Below the pieces are notes generated by a model, which searched no databases, was not told the DNA's origin, and saw nothing but the letters and a program-made list of their open reading frames with translations. The position numbers were made by a program, and so were the translations under genes. Below, one piece after another: positions 39,404-47,863 of a stretch of DNA of 64,000 nt. The stretch lies in assembly GCA_963798375.1 (NCBI GenBank), contig CAWCTG010000022.1, positions 272,926-336,925 on the forward strand, in the 5' to 3' direction. This stretch comes from Candidatus Binataceae bacterium. Its GTDB lineage: Bacteria; Desulfobacterota; Binatia; Binatales; Binataceae. Positions within the stretch are counted from its first letter, which is position 1, and each line of letters opens with the position of its first letter.

Positions 39404-40618
39404 GTGACTACGCGCCTTGACGAAATCGCACTTGCGCTCGGCCACGCGCGACTCGACGGATGGCTGTTCTATGACTTCCGCTTGAGCGACCCGCTCGCGT
39501 ATCGAATCCTCGGCCTTTCGGAGGACGGCATCGCAACCCGGCGATGGTTCTGCTTCGTCCCGGCGCATGGCAAGCCGCGGGCGATCGTGTCCGCGGTCGA
39601 AGCGCATCGGCTCGACGCGCTCGGTGTCGAAAAAATCGTCTATCGTTCGCACGACGAAATGCTCGCGGCATTGCGCACGGCGCTTGGCGACGCGCGGCGA
39701 ATCGCGATGGACTATTCACCGGGATGCGCAATTCCGTACGTCTCGCGCGTCGATGCGGGCACGGTCGAAATCGTCCGCGCGATGGGAATCAAGGTCGTCA
39801 CGGCGGCCGATCTTATTCAGCGCTTCGAGGCGAGCTTGACGCGCGAGGAACTGGCCGGCCATCGGCGGGCGGCTCGCGCACTTCGATCGATCGTGGACGA
39901 AACCTTCAGTGAGATCGGGCAGTCGATTTCGGCCGGGCGGCCGGTCAGCGAAGTCTCCGTGCAGGAGTCCGTGATGGCGCGGTTTGCCGCCCAAGGTCTG
40001 GTGACCCACGCGCCGCCGATTGTCGCCGTCAATGAGCATAGCGCCGATCCGCATTACGGGCCGACCCCGAAACACGACCGCGCGATTGGCCGCGGCGATT
40101 TCATCCTGCTCGACTTGTGGGCCAAGGAGACCGCGCCCGACAGTATCTACGCCGACTTCACCTGGGTCGCGTTCGCCGGCGACGAGGTTTCCGCCGAACA
40201 CGCGCGGGTGTTCAAAATTGTCGCGGATGCGCGCGACGCGACGGTGGATCTGGTGCAGCGTCTAGTCGCAGCCGGCGAACCGGTCAGCGGCCGCGAAGCC
40301 GATCGGGCTGCGCGCTCGGTGATCGAGGCCGCCGGCTTCGGCGACGCGTTCGTACATCGCACGGGCCATTCGATCGGCCGCGAAGTGCACGGCACCGGCG
40401 CGAATCTGGACTCGCTGGAAACGCTGGACGACCGCATTCTCATCGACAACACATGTTTTTCGGTCGAGCCGGGAATCTATTTGCCGGGAAGATTCGGCGT
40501 GCGCAGTGAGCTTGACATGACGATCGAAAACGGGCGCGCGCCGGTCAGCGGCGAGCCGCGCCAGCGCGAGATCGTCGCGCTTCTGGCTGGGGTCACTTCC
40601 AAGCCCAGCATGAGTTGA
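39404..40618 (+). CDS. M24-family metallopeptidase (Xaa-Pro aminopeptidase-like)
   Basis: DGWLFYDF, ADPHY, LLDLW, YADFTW, HRTGHSIG and FSVEPGIY; GTG start at 39404. Confidence 0.92.
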   Translation: MTTRLDEIALALGHARLDGWLFYDFRLSDPLAYRILGLSEDGIATRRWFCFVPAHGKPRAIVSAVEAHRLDALGVEKIVYRSHDEMLAALRTALGDARRIAMDYSPGCAIPYVSRVDAGTVEIVRAMGIKVVTAADLIQRFEASLTREELAGHRRAARALRSIVDETFSEIGQSISAGRPVSEVSVQESVMARFAAQGLVTHAPPIVAVNEHSADPHYGPTPKHDRAIGRGDFILLDLWAKETAPDSIYADFTWVAFAGDEVSAEHARVFKIVADARDATVDLVQRLVAAGEPVSGREADRAARSVIEAAGFGDAFVHRTGHSIGREVHGTGANLDSLETLDDRILIDNTCFSVEPGIYLPGRFGVRSELDMTIENGRAPVSGEPRQREIVALLAGVTSKPSMS

Positions 40619-40623
40619 TTGTA

Positions 40624-40646
40624 GTGAAACCCACCGTGGGTTTCAC
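40624..40646. other. Perfect 10-bp hairpin downstream of the peptidase
   Basis: gtgaaaccca-ccg-tgggtttcac. Confidence 0.7.
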
Positions 40647-40738
40647 ACTTCCTTGGGCACGGGTGACCTCCTTCGGCTTCGCTCAGGACAGGCTCTGCAC
40701 CCAGTGAAAAGTGAAAAGTGAAGATGCGGGCGGAGTTT

Positions 40739-40834
40739 ACCCTGAGCGAAGTCGAAGGGGCCCTGTCAGAAGGGGTTGATCAAGAAGAGATCGCGCGTCC
40801 GTTTTTCTGTCATCCCGACCGAAGTGGAGGGACC
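40739..40834. repeat. REP-like palindromic motifs (ccctgagcgaagtcgaaggg; gtcatcccgaccgaagtggagggac)
   Basis: The first is an approximate reverse complement of the module at 40670-40688. The second shares 16 nt (gtcatcccgaccgaag) with 60573-60588. Confidence 0.7.
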
Positions 40835-41069
40835 CGCGGATCCTTGCCTCGCCCTTCATCGGGAGGTGTCACAGACACGCGGCTGCGCCGGCGGCGCGGG
40901 TGAGGGACATTTGCGCGGCGCGATTGTCTCATGCGCCGTATTGCGCCAGCGCGAGATCGCCACGATCCTCCCCCGCCCACTTCCAAGGCCGAGCCGAGCG
41001 TGTAAACAATGGTCGCCCACTTTAAACCAGGCCGAGCCTGTAAAACTAAGCTGTTCCTCAGAAACGAAC

Positions 41070-41852
41070 ATGAATTTCAAGCAATCCAACTTTGGCGAAA
41101 TCCTGGACTCCGAACGGGAAATGGTCTTGCGAGCGGAGGGACGTTTCGCGGCGTATTACGTGAACGCATTCCGCTTTTGTGAACTTTTAGCCGGGTTCGT
41201 TGAGACGGTGGATCCCGACCGGATGATATTTATCTTGTTCCTGTCACAAGTACGCAAGCATCACACGCTCGCCCTTTTTTCGGCAGTCCGCCTGCACCGC
41301 ATTCAAGCCATGATGGACTTGCGCCAGACGCTTGAAGCTGGAGCTTGTGCGGCGTACGCGATTGCTAATATCAATCCAGCCGACTTTGCGGACAAGGACG
41401 AAGACGGCATTCTGAGTCCTTCCCAAGAACTGGCCAAGAAACGCTACAAGTGGCTCGAGCAGAATTTCGAGGAAGGTTCAAACGCGATCAAGGGGATAAA
41501 GGAAATCATCAACAAATCGAGTGCGCACTCTAACATTGCGGATGCGCATTTGAACTTCAATTTTGACGCCGTTAACGGGCATTTCGATACACCCTTCTTC
41601 GACTTCGAAGACGATCATATCGTCAAGACCGATCTGTGGCTCATCGCGAACGTGGCCATGGGACTGATGCGGCTCTTTTCCAAAATCAACAGCACCCTCA
41701 ACGTGGTCGTCTTCACCGACGAATTCGAGGCGCGGATAAAGGAATTAGGAACTGAGAACGGCCGGCTTCGAACTGAGATGATGCAGACGGAACGCTATCA
41801 GCGGGTCAGTAAACTGCTTGAGAAGCGGGCTGGGAAGCCAACACGATCGTGA
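41070..41852 (+). CDS. Hypothetical alpha-helical protein (accessory cargo, possibly HEPN/DUF5677-like)
   Basis: Long ORF with visibly lower GC than neighbours; contains AMMDLRQTLEAG and SSAHSN. The upstream extension to 40776 runs through repeats and was discarded. Confidence 0.7.
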   Translation: MNFKQSNFGEILDSEREMVLRAEGRFAAYYVNAFRFCELLAGFVETVDPDRMIFILFLSQVRKHHTLALFSAVRLHRIQAMMDLRQTLEAGACAAYAIANINPADFADKDEDGILSPSQELAKKRYKWLEQNFEEGSNAIKGIKEIINKSSAHSNIADAHLNFNFDAVNGHFDTPFFDFEDDHIVKTDLWLIANVAMGLMRLFSKINSTLNVVVFTDEFEARIKELGTENGRLRTEMMQTERYQRVSKLLEKRAGKPTRS

Positions 41853-41909
41853 CTTTACTTGCGACGGGAACCGTTGCAGAAGGCTGCTAAGATGGTGAGG
41901 TCACACAAC

Positions 41910-42440
41910 ATGGACGAAAAAGTCGCTAGTGTTCTACGCAAAGCGTCCGAAGCTTGGCGAGACGTGATGGCAATCTACGCCGGAGCAATGTGCAGCGCGC
42001 AGATTCTTGAAGGCGAGCTGGTTCAGGTTTTGTACTTCCTCCGCATAAAAAGTGGCGAACTGAAGGAACCAGGTTTCGACTGGGCCTACCACCAGATGAT
42101 GCGACAGAAGCCGAGCGAGGTCCTGGATTGGATTCGAGGCGCGGGAGGCAACCTTTCCTACGAGAATGAGAAGATCATCCGACAGGCACTACGCCTTAGA
42201 AACTTCTTGGCTCACGAATTCTTTCACAAACACAACCCGGTGATGAGTGGAACGCAGTGTAAACAAATCGCTTCAAAACTTAAGAAAATTGACGCAGAGC
42301 TGGAAACGGCTTTCGAGCTGCTCCAGCCGCTCCGCCAAAAGCTAGAGACGCAGCTCGGCCTCTCAGTTGACCGGCAGATCACTTCGACGAACTTTCAAAA
42401 GCGCTTCGTCGAGGCTTTCGAGTCATTCAACGACGAGTAG
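41910..42440 (+). CDS. Hypothetical protein with Rx4H (RNFLAH) HEPN-like motif
   Basis: GAGG RBS before ATG 41910; helical protein with ALRLRNFLAHEFF. Confidence 0.7.
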   Translation: MDEKVASVLRKASEAWRDVMAIYAGAMCSAQILEGELVQVLYFLRIKSGELKEPGFDWAYHQMMRQKPSEVLDWIRGAGGNLSYENEKIIRQALRLRNFLAHEFFHKHNPVMSGTQCKQIASKLKKIDAELETAFELLQPLRQKLETQLGLSVDRQITSTNFQKRFVEAFESFNDE

Positions 42441-42517
42441 CGCCAGCGTGAGATCGCCGCGATCCTGGCCACGCCCACTTCCAAGCCCAAGGCGGGCGTG
42501 GCAAGCATAGTTCGAGC

Positions 42518-43285
42518 ATGATTCGGGCGGTCATATTCGATCTCGACGGGACCCTCGCCGACACCGAGCGGTTGCATTTCGCGGCCTTCAACGAAGCGTT
42601 GCGTCCCGAAGGGATCGAAATCCCACGCGACGAATACTTCGCGCGGCTGATTGGACTTAACGATCACGATTGTTTCGCCACGATCCTGCGCGAGAATCGG
42701 ATGGACGCGGGCGAGGAACATATCGCGAGCCTGATCGCGCGCAAAACCGCGGTCTATCAAGCGATGCTTGCGGATCGCGAGGTTCTCTACCCGGGCGCCG
42801 AGAAGTTCGCGCGCGAATGCGCGCATCGGTTTCCGCTGATGATCGCGACCGGCACGCTGCGCGCCGAGGCCGAAGCGATTCTTCGCCGCGCCGGACTTCG
42901 CGAGTTGTTTCTCGACATTATCGCGGCGGAGGACGTCGAGCGCGGCAAGCCCGAGCCCGACGGTTTCATCGCGGCGCTTGGCCGGCTTGGATTTATCCTG
43001 CGCCATCGCGATCCGATCCGGGCCGAGGAATGCATTGCGGTCGAGGATACGCGGGCCGGAATCGAAGCGGCGCATCGCGCGGGCATGAAAGCGATCGCGC
43101 TATGCCATAGCGCGCCGGCGGCCGATCTGGCGGCGGCCGAGGTCGTGCGCGATTCGATTTGCGGGCTTGACCTGGACGAGATTTTGCGCGCGCTGCGCAG
43201 GGGTGACCTCCTTCGGCTTCGCTCAGGACAGGCTCTGCACCCAATGTTAAGGCCGTGCTCCGTTGTCGCGCGCAGCCCCAGCTAA
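42518..43285 (+). CDS. HAD-family phosphatase (beta-PGM-like)
   Basis: IFDLDGTLADTE, GKPEPD and AVEDTRAGIEAA; the C-terminus reads through a repeat element. Confidence 0.92.
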   Translation: MIRAVIFDLDGTLADTERLHFAAFNEALRPEGIEIPRDEYFARLIGLNDHDCFATILRENRMDAGEEHIASLIARKTAVYQAMLADREVLYPGAEKFARECAHRFPLMIATGTLRAEAEAILRRAGLRELFLDIIAAEDVERGKPEPDGFIAALGRLGFILRHRDPIRAEECIAVEDTRAGIEAAHRAGMKAIALCHSAPAADLAAAEVVRDSICGLDLDEILRALRRGDLLRLRSGQALHPMLRPCSVVARSPS

Positions 43286-43286
43286 C

Positions 43287-43344
43287 GTCTTAATACTGGC
43301 CTCCCGTGCCAACGGGTCTTAATGCTGGCCAGCCGTGCCAACGG
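43287..43344. repeat. 29-bp tandem repeat, two copies
   Basis: gtcttaatactggcctcccgtgccaacgg / gtcttaatgctggccagccgtgccaacgg (26/29). Confidence 0.8.
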
Positions 43345-43443
43345 CCAGGGGTGCCCCCTGCACCCGATGAAAAGTGAAGAGTAAAATGCTTAAAATCGAA
43401 AACCACAGCGATCGCAATTTTTCAACGCCCTGACAGGAGCACG

Positions 43444-44118
43444 ATGATGGCGGCGAAGCTGTACCAGTTTCTCGGCAGCCCATTCTGCGCCAAGGTGCGC
43501 AAGCTGCTGGCGTTCAAGGGCGTCGAGTTCGAAGTGGTCGAGGTTGACTACCTGGAGCGCAAGGAATTGATGCTCGCGTCGGGCCAGATAATGGTGCCGG
43601 CGGTCACGCTCGACAACGGCGAGACGATCGTCGATTCCGCGCGAATCGCGATGCGCCTCGAGGAGCTTTATCCCGAGCCGACGATTTTCCCCGCCGGATG
43701 GCGCGGGATGCATCTCGTGCTCGCCGATTACATCGACAACCAACTCGAGGACGCGCTGTATCGCGTCGCGCTCGCCGACGAACTCGCGATTCACATTCGG
43801 GAGGGTGCGGATCGCGCCGCGCTGTGGCGTCTGATTCGCGAGCGCAAGTACGGCGTGGGTTTCGTCGATCGAACTATCTCGGAGCATTCGGCCAACTGGG
43901 AACGCGCGCGCGCCGCTCTGGCGCCGTTCGAGGAGCAACTGGCGAGCGTGCCGTTTCTGACCGGCAGGATCGGGCTGGGGGATTTCGCGCTCTACGGCCA
44001 GTTGTTCTACCTGGCGTTCACGGGCGATCTGAAAATTCCCGCCGACATGAAAAATCTGCGCGCGTTTTTCGGACGGGTCGATCGGATCAGCTCGGCGATC
44101 GAGGAAGCGGCCGGGTGA
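43444..44118 (+). CDS. Glutathione S-transferase family protein
   Basis: LYQFLGSPFCAKVRKLL, VPAV...ETIVDSARI and FLTGRIGLGDFALYGQL. Confidence 0.88.
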   Translation: MMAAKLYQFLGSPFCAKVRKLLAFKGVEFEVVEVDYLERKELMLASGQIMVPAVTLDNGETIVDSARIAMRLEELYPEPTIFPAGWRGMHLVLADYIDNQLEDALYRVALADELAIHIREGADRAALWRLIRERKYGVGFVDRTISEHSANWERARAALAPFEEQLASVPFLTGRIGLGDFALYGQLFYLAFTGDLKIPADMKNLRAFFGRVDRISSAIEEAAG

Positions 44119-44126
44119 CGAGCTTG

Positions 44127-44567
44127 CTACGCTATTTCGGCGATTGCGGTGGTCAGGAAATGGCTGAAGAGCGCGCCGGTCGAGTCGAGTGCGACATCAT
44201 ATAGCGACGCGGTGCGACCGGGCACGAACGCCTGATGGCCCTCGTCGGAGAGCGCGTACAGTACACAAAGCAACAACGCCAGGTAGGGCCGCCGCGCCAT
44301 CGGACCGCGGACCAGCAGCCAGAAAAGCACTCCATATTCGGTAAAATGCGCGCCCTTGCGAACCAGCATGTGGCATACGTCAACCGCCGCCGCGGCGATT
44401 CCGGGAACTATCCACCGCACAATCGGGTCGATGATCTGGGCGGTGTTGACGGCGGAAAACGTCGAGGTCGAGAGTGTGAAGATCAACGCGCCCCACAAAA
44501 CTACCGGGATCCATTGGCCGAGCGGAGCGGGCTCCGAAGCGGCCGATAAAGATTTCGCCGCTGGCAT
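44127..44567 (-). CDS. VanZ-family membrane protein
   Basis: LIFTLS, RKGAHFTEYGVL, SDEGHQAFVPGR and DVALD. Confidence 0.88.
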   Translation of the reverse strand: MPAAKSLSAASEPAPLGQWIPVVLWGALIFTLSTSTFSAVNTAQIIDPIVRWIVPGIAAAAVDVCHMLVRKGAHFTEYGVLFWLLVRGPMARRPYLALLLCVLYALSDEGHQAFVPGRTASLYDVALDSTGALFSHFLTTAIAEIA

Positions 44568-44743
44568 CAGTTGGCCGTCGTTTCCATGAGCGACGCGCGG
44601 CGGGGGTTGCAGCCGGAAGTCATGCGGAGATTTTGGGCGAGCAGCTTTTTCATGAAGATCGGAAACGTGTCAGACTTATCAGTCATCGCTTCGAGTTACC
44701 AGTGGGGCCAAGCGCCGCGCAATTCTATAAGGAAGGACGCGAG

Positions 44744-46267
44744 ATGGACAATCTGCTGAGCATACAAAGAGCCCAACCGGCGCCGCCCTGCACGGTGGTA
44801 ATATTCGGCGCGTCGGGCGATCTGGCCAAGCGCAAGCTGATTCCGGCGCTGTGCAATCTCGTTGCATGCGGCCAGGGCATGATGCCGGCAAAAAGCGCGG
44901 TGCTGGGATTTGCGCGGCGCGAAATGTCGCTCGACGAGTTCCGCAAAAGTGCGCACGATTGGACCGCCCGGTTCTCGCGGATGAAAGTCGATGAGGCCTG
45001 CTGGGCGGGGTTCGCCGACGGGCTGGACTATCTATCCGGGCTCGACCATCCCGACGGCTTCGCAAAACTTAAAGTGAAACTTGAAGCTATCGAAAAAGCG
45101 CGCGGCCTCCCGCCCAATCGCGTTTACTACCTGGCGACCCCTCCCGAAGCGATTGGCGAGTCGGTTGAGCGGCTTGCGCAGGCCGGCCTGATCAGCGCGC
45201 CGAATGCGCCGAACTTCTCGCGGGTGGTCGTCGAAAAACCGATCGGCCACGATCTGCCGAGCGCACTCGAAATCAACCGGGTGCTGATGAAGCATCTGGA
45301 CGAGTCGCAGGTTTTCCGGATCGATCACTACCTCGGCAAGGAAACCGTGCAGAACCTGCTGGTGCTGCGCTTCTCGAATAATATCTTCGAGCGCCTGTGG
45401 GGCAGCCGCAACGTCGATCACGTGCAAATCACCGTGGCGGAGGCGGAAGGGGTGGGCACCCGCGCCACGTTTTACGATCGTGCCGGCGCACTGCGCGACA
45501 TGGTGCAGAACCATATCCTGCAAACGCTGTCGCTGCTGACGATGGAAGCGCCGGTGTCGCTCGACGCGAGGGCGATCACGGACGCGAAGCTCAACGTGTT
45601 GCGTACGATCCGTCCGATCACGGCGGAGGATGCGCGCGCGAATACGGTGCGGGCGCGGTACGGCGCGGGTATCGACGCCGACGGCAAGCCGGTGGCCGGT
45701 TACATGGATGAACCGGGCGTCCCCGACAATTCGCGCGCCGAGACGTTCGTCGCGCTGAAGACGTATATCGACAACTGGCGGTGGTCGGGGGTGCCGTTTT
45801 TCATCCGGACGGGCAAGCGGATGAAGCGGCGGGCGAGCTCGATCTACGTCCAGTTCAAGGACGTGCCGCAAATTCTGTTCAATCGCGATTCGGCGGTCCC
45901 CGCCAACGCGCTGACGATTCGGATTCAGCCCGACGAGGGTTTTTCGTTCGACGTGATGACCAAGCGGCCGGGGCTGGACCTGGTGCTGCAACCGGTGCGG
46001 ATGAATCTCAGCTACAGGACTGCGTTCGGCGACGGCGCCTCGCCCGACGGATACGAACGACTCCTGCTCGACGTGATGGACGGCGACCATACGCTGTTCC
46101 CCAGCGCGCAGTTCGTCGAGAAGTCATGGGAGTTCGTGCAGGGAATATTGGATTCGTGGAGCGACCGCGCACGCGTGCCGATGGGCGAGTATCCGGCGGG
46201 AAGCTGGGGACCGAATGAGGCCGACGAGTTGATTGGCAAGGCAGGGCGGGTATGGCATGAACCTTGA
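44744..46267 (+). CDS. zwf: Glucose-6-phosphate 1-dehydrogenase
   Basis: IFGASGDLAKRKLIPAL, RIDHYLGKETVQN, RDMVQNH and RWSGVPFFIRTGK. Confidence 0.97.
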   Translation: MDNLLSIQRAQPAPPCTVVIFGASGDLAKRKLIPALCNLVACGQGMMPAKSAVLGFARREMSLDEFRKSAHDWTARFSRMKVDEACWAGFADGLDYLSGLDHPDGFAKLKVKLEAIEKARGLPPNRVYYLATPPEAIGESVERLAQAGLISAPNAPNFSRVVVEKPIGHDLPSALEINRVLMKHLDESQVFRIDHYLGKETVQNLLVLRFSNNIFERLWGSRNVDHVQITVAEAEGVGTRATFYDRAGALRDMVQNHILQTLSLLTMEAPVSLDARAITDAKLNVLRTIRPITAEDARANTVRARYGAGIDADGKPVAGYMDEPGVPDNSRAETFVALKTYIDNWRWSGVPFFIRTGKRMKRRASSIYVQFKDVPQILFNRDSAVPANALTIRIQPDEGFSFDVMTKRPGLDLVLQPVRMNLSYRTAFGDGASPDGYERLLLDVMDGDHTLFPSAQFVEKSWEFVQGILDSWSDRARVPMGEYPAGSWGPNEADELIGKAGRVWHEP

Positions 46268-46486
46268 CCCAAAAATTGTTTCGCGCAGCAGCGGACGCTG
46301 TTCGGGCGCCGGGGCACGCTGCTTGGCACGGATGGCCGCCCTCGGCTAACATCTCTTGCGGCTCGCGGCTGCGACGGCGCAGCGCCACCAAGCATCCTCG
46401 ATGAGACCAAACACGGCTTTGAGCACCCGCGCTTTGAGGCGCGGCAGTTCGGATGATCGCGTGCGCATTAGAGTTCGGCGGCAGGA

Positions 46487-47818
46487 GTGCCGCTTGACGA
46501 AACCATAATTCCACGGGGACCGGAGAGCTGCTTGGCCGACAACAACAAGGTGGTAATTATCGGCGCCAACGGCACCATGGGCGCGGGCGCAGGGTGCGTA
46601 TTGGCGGGGGCAGGATATAGCGTCACGCTGCTGGCGCGGAGGTCCGACAAAGCCGCCCAAGGATTAGCGGACGCGCAGAACGATGCGCGCGCGGAAGCGA
46701 TCGCGGAGCGGATCTCGCTGGGCGCGTACGACACCGACCTCGTCCGCGCGGTTGGCGAGGCCGCCATTGTGTTCGAGTCGCTCGCCGAAGATCTGCCGCT
46801 CAAAAGGCAATTCTTCGAGCTGATCGACAAGAGCCGGCGTCCCGACTCGATCGTGGCGTCCGGTTCCTCGGGACTGTCGGTCACGGAAATGGCGCGCGGA
46901 CGAAGCGATTCGTTTCGCCGCAATTTCCTCGGCGTTCACCTTTTCAATCCGCCGCAGGTGATCGTCGGCACCGAAATCATTCCAGGCGCCGATACCGATC
47001 CGGCGGTGGTCAAGGACGTCGTCGCGATGCTGACGAAACGGCTGGGCCGCAAGGTGATCGTCAGCAAAGACATGCCCGCGTTCGTGGGCAATCGGGTCGG
47101 CTTCAAGGTGCTGAACGAAACGGCGCAACTGGCCGCCGAGCACGGCGTCGCGTTTATAGACTATTTGATCGGGCCGCATACCGGGCGCGCGATGGCGCCG
47201 CTGGCGACCGTCGATCTGGTCGGATGGGACGTGCACAAGGCGATCGTCGACAACGTCCATGCCAACTGCGAGGACGAGGCGCACGAGTCGTTCGCGATGC
47301 CCGCGTACATGACTGCCGCGCTGCACAAGGGATGCCTCGGTGACAAGACGCCCGAGCGCGGCGGCTTCTACCGCCGCGCGGGCAAGGAAGTCTTCGTGCT
47401 CGATCCGAAGACCGGCGGGCACGAGAAGTACCAGAAACCCGCGCCGATCGAATTCGTCGAAAAGATGAAACAGTTGCATCACGTGGGCCGCTACGGCGAG
47501 GCGTTGAAGGTGCTCGCGGAAGCCAGGGGCGCGGATGCCGAGGTATGCCGCCGCGTGGTGCTCGGCTACGTCAGCTACGCGCTGAACCGGGTCGGCGAAG
47601 TGGCCGCGAGTTCGGCCGACGTGGACACGATCATGTCGTACGGCTTCAACTGGGCGCCGCCCACGGCGATCGTCGATTTGTTCGGCGCGAAGAACACGGT
47701 GGCGATGCTGCAAAAGCTCAAACTGACGGTCCCCGCGGTGGTCGAACAAGCCGCGGCGCGCGGTGGAAGAATGTTCGCGGGCGGCATACTCGAATATGGC
47801 CGGACCTTTGTTGGATGA
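46487..47818 (+). CDS. 3-hydroxyacyl-CoA dehydrogenase family protein
   Basis: VIIGANGTMG, FESLAEDLPLK, HLFNPP and PAFVGNRVG. Confidence 0.88.
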   Translation: MPLDETIIPRGPESCLADNNKVVIIGANGTMGAGAGCVLAGAGYSVTLLARRSDKAAQGLADAQNDARAEAIAERISLGAYDTDLVRAVGEAAIVFESLAEDLPLKRQFFELIDKSRRPDSIVASGSSGLSVTEMARGRSDSFRRNFLGVHLFNPPQVIVGTEIIPGADTDPAVVKDVVAMLTKRLGRKVIVSKDMPAFVGNRVGFKVLNETAQLAAEHGVAFIDYLIGPHTGRAMAPLATVDLVGWDVHKAIVDNVHANCEDEAHESFAMPAYMTAALHKGCLGDKTPERGGFYRRAGKEVFVLDPKTGGHEKYQKPAPIEFVEKMKQLHHVGRYGEALKVLAEARGADAEVCRRVVLGYVSYALNRVGEVAASSADVDTIMSYGFNWAPPTAIVDLFGAKNTVAMLQKLKLTVPAVVEQAAARGGRMFAGGILEYGRTFVG

Positions 47819-47863
47819 TTAGATTGTTGCATAATCGAATCGGATGACCGACAGGAGCGCGCG

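Larger units (their letters stand above)
40558..42521. repeat. Three copies of the M24 peptidase 3' end (~50 bp at 40558, 40943 and 42440)
   Basis: gcgccagcg(c/t)gagatcg...cacttccaag(c/g)cc; copies at 40558 and 42440 match at 41/50 positions. Confidence 0.85.
39366..43380. repeat. Dispersed palindromic mini-element (REP/BIME-like) GGGGTGNCCCCTGCACCC: copies at 39366-39394, 40661-40725, 43198-43251 and 43346-43380
   Basis: All four share a GGGTG...CACCC core. The 40661-40703 and 43201-43243 copies are identical over 43 bp and carry an inserted tccttcggcttcgctcaggacaggct module. Confidence 0.8.

Noticed and set aside
40776-41069. N-terminal extension of the 40776..41852 ORF
   Set aside because: It runs through REP motifs and the duplicated peptidase end; ATG 41070 is the more plausible start.
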